A stretch of 62,099 nt of DNA, taken from positions 1 to 62,099 of the forward strand of contig JANMPT010000094.1 in the NCBI GenBank assembly GCA_031370005.1, given 5' to 3'. Positions 58,234 to 62,099 of this stretch are shown piece by piece (positions within the stretch are counted from its first letter, which is position 1; every line of letters starts with the position of its first letter). Source of the DNA: Bdellovibrionales bacterium. Lineage in GTDB: Bacteria > Bdellovibrionota > Bdellovibrionia > Bdellovibrionales > Bdellovibrionaceae. Under the pieces are notes generated by a model. It worked only from the letters and a program-made list of their open reading frames with translations, was not told where the DNA came from and searched no databases. The position numbers and the translations under genes are program-made.

Positions 58234-59243
58234 TGCAAAGAATCTTTTCTATCCCCGCCGAACTAATCCAAAATATTGACAACACTCTCAAGGTGCGGTT
58301 TCAAATTTCCTTGCACGACTCTAAAAAATTAGCCACATCTGTAAAAAAACTTTCGGATTATTTTATTCAAAATCCAGAGGCAAGCACTCCATGGGCTGAA
58401 CCCTGGGCACAGATTGCCTATCTCTGCTACTTCCTGCCACTAAATCATGCCCGAGCTCAGGCTGTTGTGAAAGAGGCCGAGACTCAGGGCTTTTTCAAAG
58501 GTCTGACGGAGGTCATTGATTTTGGTTCAGGGCCAGGAACTGCTAGTATTGCACTAGCTGCGCATTTTAATAAATTTACCATGATTGAAAAATCCAAAGA
58601 TATTTGCTCGCGTTTTGAATTTTTACCGGCGAAACAAACAGAGTGGGCCGCTGTAGCTCCGGCCTTCACTGCGCCCGAGAAAAGCTTAGCTGTCTTTTCC
58701 TACTCACTGACGGAAATCAAAGAGCTTCCAACTTGGACAAAAAAAATAGAAGCATTGATGATCTTAGAACCATCAACTCAAACGGATGGCCGTAAACTTT
58801 CCGAGCTTCGTCAAAAGTTGATTACGGATGGCTATAGTATTTGGGCCCCCTGCACCCATCAGGGCAAGTGTCCCCTCCTAACCCAATCGAAAAATGATTG
58901 GTGCCATGACCGGATCCACTTTGAAGTGCCGAGGTGGTTTGAGGAGCTTGAGCAACATTTGCCAATGAAAAATCGAACTCTGACAATGAGTTACCTTCTG
59001 GCTCGCCGAATGAACGCGCCTACAAGCAAAGTCCGTATTGGTCGCACCGTGGGTGATCGCCTAAAAGAAAAAGGGAAAGACCGTCAAATGCTTTGCCGAG
59101 GCGAGGAACGCGAATTCCTGGCATGGATGCATAAAACGGGATTGACACAAGAAGTACCCCGGGGAGTTCTGGTTGAGATTCCCATGGATGTACAAAAAAT
59201 TTCTAATGAGTTAAGATTGAAAGAGCCGATTCGAACCCTTTGA
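58233..59243 (+). CDS. Rsm22/METTL17-like SAM methyltransferase
   Basis: AYLCYFLPLN, DFGSGPGTAS, SYSLTE, ILEPS, WAPCTHQGKCP, DWCH. Confidence 0.82.
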   Translation: MQRIFSIPAELIQNIDNTLKVRFQISLHDSKKLATSVKKLSDYFIQNPEASTPWAEPWAQIAYLCYFLPLNHARAQAVVKEAETQGFFKGLTEVIDFGSGPGTASIALAAHFNKFTMIEKSKDICSRFEFLPAKQTEWAAVAPAFTAPEKSLAVFSYSLTEIKELPTWTKKIEALMILEPSTQTDGRKLSELRQKLITDGYSIWAPCTHQGKCPLLTQSKNDWCHDRIHFEVPRWFEELEQHLPMKNRTLTMSYLLARRMNAPTSKVRIGRTVGDRLKEKGKDRQMLCRGEEREFLAWMHKTGLTQEVPRGVLVEIPMDVQKISNELRLKEPIRTL

Positions 59244-59323
59244 CAAGATCCAGCATCTCGCCTCAGTTGACAAGAGTTGAGCGCCCGGTGACATTGCTAA
59301 AATCTTGGAATTCGGAGGCTCTT

Positions 59324-60421
59324 ATGGACACACCCCATCTTCAAAAAACCCCACTTGCTGAAGAACACATAAAACTCGGCGCTCGTATGGTGGATTTTGC
59401 TGGCTGGTGGATGCCGGTTCAATATAAAGGACTGCGCGAAGAGCACGACAATGTTCGCACCAATGTCGGGCTCTTCGATGTCTCTCATATGGGAGAAGTC
59501 CGTTTTAAGGGTCCAAAAGCCCTTGAAACACTTCAGTGGCTCACCACCAACGACGTGGGCTTACTTAGTGAAAATGAAGCCCAGTACAGTCTTCTTCCCA
59601 ACGATAAGGGAGGCTTGGTCGACGACATCATCGTTTATTGCCTAATTAAAAACGAAGACTACCTGGTTTGTGTGAATGCTTCCAACGCTGACAAAGACTT
59701 TGCCTGGATGACAAAAAACAATAAAGGAGCCCTCATCACCAACGAGTCTTCTTACTGGGCGCAAATCGCCATTCAGGGGCCAAAGGCCCTTGCTCTCTGT
59801 GATAAACTTTTTGACTTTAAAGCCAGCCAGATGAGGTCATTTAGCTTACGTCGTTTTGAATACAAAGGCTTCAAGGCCATCTTGGCGACCACAGGTTACA
59901 CAGGCGAAAAAGGCGGCGAGGTCTTTATAGAAGCTAAAGGAGCAGTAAGGCTTTGGCAGGATTTGATGGCCGAGGGCCAAGAATTCGGAGTTCAAGCCAT
60001 CGGACTTGGCGCCCGGGACACCCTTCGCACGGAGTACAAAATGTCTCTTTACGGTCATGAAATTGATGACACAACGAATCCTTATGAAGCAAAACTCGGT
60101 TGGGCCGTGAAAGCCACTGCGAAAGATTTTATTGGCAAGGAGCCAATGCTCAAAATCAAAGAGAATGGCTTAAAAAAGCAGCTGATTGGCTTTAAGATGC
60201 TTGAGAAAGGGATTCCACGCCAGGGCTACTCCTTGTTTTCTTTTGACAACAAAGAAATTGGCAAGGTAACTAGTGGGACTCACTCACCAACACTGGACGA
60301 ACCCATCGGAATCGCATATATTTCTTCTGAATTTGCGAACGAAGGGGCTGAGTTTTCAGTCGATATCCGTGGACGTAAAGTGAAAGCGAAAGTATGTAAA
60401 ACCCCTTTCGTGAAAAAATAG
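59324..60421 (+). CDS. gcvT: Glycine cleavage aminomethyltransferase
   Basis: KTPL, FAGWWMPVQY, FDVSHMGE, TGYTGE, GLGARDTLR; GGAGG RBS. Confidence 0.97.
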   Translation: MDTPHLQKTPLAEEHIKLGARMVDFAGWWMPVQYKGLREEHDNVRTNVGLFDVSHMGEVRFKGPKALETLQWLTTNDVGLLSENEAQYSLLPNDKGGLVDDIIVYCLIKNEDYLVCVNASNADKDFAWMTKNNKGALITNESSYWAQIAIQGPKALALCDKLFDFKASQMRSFSLRRFEYKGFKAILATTGYTGEKGGEVFIEAKGAVRLWQDLMAEGQEFGVQAIGLGARDTLRTEYKMSLYGHEIDDTTNPYEAKLGWAVKATAKDFIGKEPMLKIKENGLKKQLIGFKMLEKGIPRQGYSLFSFDNKEIGKVTSGTHSPTLDEPIGIAYISSEFANEGAEFSVDIRGRKVKAKVCKTPFVKK

Positions 60422-60430
60422 GAGAAGCTC

Positions 60431-60817
60431 ATGGCATTTCATATCCCCGAAGAACTTTACTACACTAAAGAGCATGAGTGGGCTCAAATTGATGAGAACA
60501 TCGTCACTGTTGGTGTCACGGAGTTCGCACAAGAGCAATTAGGCGAAATCGTTTACGTTGAACTTCCGGAGGAAGGCCAAAAAGTTACTCAAGGCCAAAC
60601 TTTTGGTGTTGTTGAATCCGTGAAGGCCGCAAGTGATCTTTACTCTCCAGTTTCTGGTACGGTCATTGAAATTAATACTGGACTCAACGATGATCCTTCA
60701 GTATTAAATGACGACCCAATGAACGAGGGGTGGTTGATCCGTATAGAAATGGATACCGAAAAGGAACTTGCAAACCTAATGCGAGCTCCTGATTACAAAA
60801 AACTTGTTCAAGCATAG
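60431..60817 (+). CDS. gcvH: Glycine cleavage H protein
   Basis: YTKEHEW, LGEIVYVELP, VESVKAASD (lipoyl Lys), PVSG, GWL. Confidence 0.97.
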   Translation: MAFHIPEELYYTKEHEWAQIDENIVTVGVTEFAQEQLGEIVYVELPEEGQKVTQGQTFGVVESVKAASDLYSPVSGTVIEINTGLNDDPSVLNDDPMNEGWLIRIEMDTEKELANLMRAPDYKKLVQA

Positions 60818-60833
60818 TACATAAATACCGCAT

Positions 60834-60916
60834 GCCCCGCTGGTGAAATTGGCAGACACGCTAGACTTAGGATCTAGTGCGCAAGCGTGGGGGTTCAAGT
60901 CCCTCGCGGGGCACCA
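60834..60916 (+). tRNA. tRNA-Leu (anticodon TAG)
   Basis: Acceptor GCCCCGC/GCGGGGC-A-CCA, anticodon arm CTAGA-CTTAGGA-TCTAG, variable arm GCGCAAGC, T-loop GTTCAAG. Confidence 0.97.
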
Positions 60917-61267
60917 TTTCCGTCAGTACTCGAATCCACGCGGGTTCTTCTCACTTAACTGAACAAGGCATTCGATGTCTTCGTCATTTAGTCCAACCTT
61001 ATAGAGTTCACGCTCGGGATAAAAAATCTAATCGAAGATCGACTCTACCTGATTGTTCTCTCGTAGAATACACTATCGACCCGAAACGCATCATTGCGGT
61101 ATTTCAATTACGTACTCCTTCCCTGGGAGCCGAAAAAGCGAAGGTCTTCACTTTAGTTGAATTAGAAATGCCGAACTTTCATTTCGGTCCGTGAAGAATA
61201 TGTTTCTAAACTAAATGAGTAGAAGCTTGGTTTTGCACTATAAGGCCTAGCTTTTAATGCAGCATTT

Positions 61268-61492
61268 CTAAGCTGAAGCCTTTTTCCTACCTCTGCTCTT
61301 TTCAGCATATCCCTGCAGGACGTCCCGAATCAAAACTTGGTACCGACCTTCATACTCTTCATTCAAGGCCAATTTTTTAAGTTCTTTCACCAAATTAAGA
61401 GGAAGCCTGATGGAAATATGAGCCGTGATGTTTTCATCCTCAAAATCCTCGACTGGAATATTCACGCTGCCGGTTTTAACTTTCTTAGCCAT
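61268..61492 (-). CDS. CopG/BrnA-like ribbon-helix-helix antitoxin
   Basis: HISIRLPLNLVKELKKLA...RYQVLIRDVLQGY; start overlaps the upstream gene's end. Confidence 0.72.
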   Translation of the reverse strand: MAKKVKTGSVNIPVEDFEDENITAHISIRLPLNLVKELKKLALNEEYEGRYQVLIRDVLQGYAEKSRGRKKASA

Positions 61493-61724
61493 GCAATTCC
61501 TCCCACCTTTCTAAAAGTAAGTTTCTATTTTCTTTAACGACCCTTAAAATTCTATTTAAAGTAGATTGCGAAAAATCCGTCTCCGTATCCATAATTTCAA
61601 GGGTCAACAAATTTATGCGAACCGAGGCTCCCACGCCTTCAACATGCACATGCGGCGGCCTATGATCGTTTTCATTGATTTTATAGACCAAGTGTTTTGA
61701 CGAAAGAGCTTTAATTCGCGTCAT
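61485..61724 (-). CDS. DUF4160-family (HicA-like) toxin
   Basis: NDHRPPHVHV...NRNLLLERWEELHG; real start at ATG 61724, not the ORF-track start at 61892. Confidence 0.78.
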   Translation of the reverse strand: MTRIKALSSKHLVYKINENDHRPPHVHVEGVGASVRINLLTLEIMDTETDFSQSTLNRILRVVKENRNLLLERWEELHG

Positions 61725-61757
61725 CAGTATAAGCATACTACATATACTGTATATACA
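61725..61757 (-). promoter_or_regulatory. TA promoter/operator
   Basis: -10 TATGCT (61732-61737) 7 nt before the ATG; palindrome TGTATATACA (61748-61757); AGTAT-N4-ATACT inverted repeat (61726-61739). Confidence 0.5.
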
Positions 61758-62099
61758 AAAGAAATTTTTTATATATATACGCGATATGATCGAATACAGA
61801 ATTTTGCTGGAGAACGTTCTCCAATCGGGAGAACAAGCTTTAAGTACCCATAACATGTTCTCCACGATTTCTGAGAACACATTTGAATTCAATCACTTAA
61901 CCTTGGCTCATCTTCCTCAAGAGCGGTTCTAAAGCTGTCCCTTTGGGTAGGGGTTACGCATATGGCCGCAAAGCCTATCCAGTAAACAAAACTTTCAATA
62001 AATAGTCATCCCGAAGGCCTGCAATTTTTTGTTTTCTGCGAATGCCTTTTTTTGTTGGCTCTTTTTTTAATAAATTTAAAACCATTTTTCTCAAAAGCG

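Noticed and set aside
60877..61194. 105-aa ORF
   Set aside because: It starts inside tRNA-Leu. Minus-strand fragments here may be gene debris but could not be identified.
61725..61892. N-terminal extension of the DUF4160 ORF
   Set aside because: It is a translation of AT-rich promoter/operator DNA; family-like sequence begins at ATG 61724.
1..62099. CRISPR arrays, rRNA, IS/transposases, prophage
   Set aside because: No regularly spaced repeats or diagnostic motifs were seen by eye.

Overview
A 62 kb, gene-dense, mostly core chromosomal segment from a Bdellovibrionaceae-like predatory bacterium. This assignment is inferred from close orthologues of Bdellovibrio DgcB (FHA-GGDEF, next to an ECF sigma factor) and of the Nudix RNA pyrophosphohydrolase RppH. 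Housekeeping genes include pepN, folE, mgtE, rlmN, rfaE1, gdhA, pyrD, epmA, tldD/E, gcvP/T/H and tRNA-Leu(TAG). A perR-ahpC-ahpD-bcp peroxide operon carries two operator boxes over its promoter. There are many secreted or envelope proteins, and a small toxin-antitoxin pair follows the tRNA. The best candidates for new biology are: (1) a Cyc2-like fused monoheme cytochrome-porin clustered with a second beta-barrel, a lipoprotein cytochrome c and YceI, a possible trans-outer-membrane electron conduit; (2) a secreted BPI/LBP (TULIP)-like protein; (3) a His/Cys-rich exported leader ending in PPRRPP ahead of an ATPase-less metal uptake operon, a candidate metal-sensing arrest peptide; (4) a coiled-coil protein with repeated copies of DgcB's FHA-docking (E/D)KT motif plus a metallophosphatase, upstream of dgcB; (5) a membrane-anchored subtilase fused to a cytoplasmic PilZ domain. 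Sigma54-type, sigma28-type and leaderless promoters were read from the DNA. No CRISPR array, rRNA, transposase or integrase was seen. All family calls come from motif recognition by eye; no searches were run.
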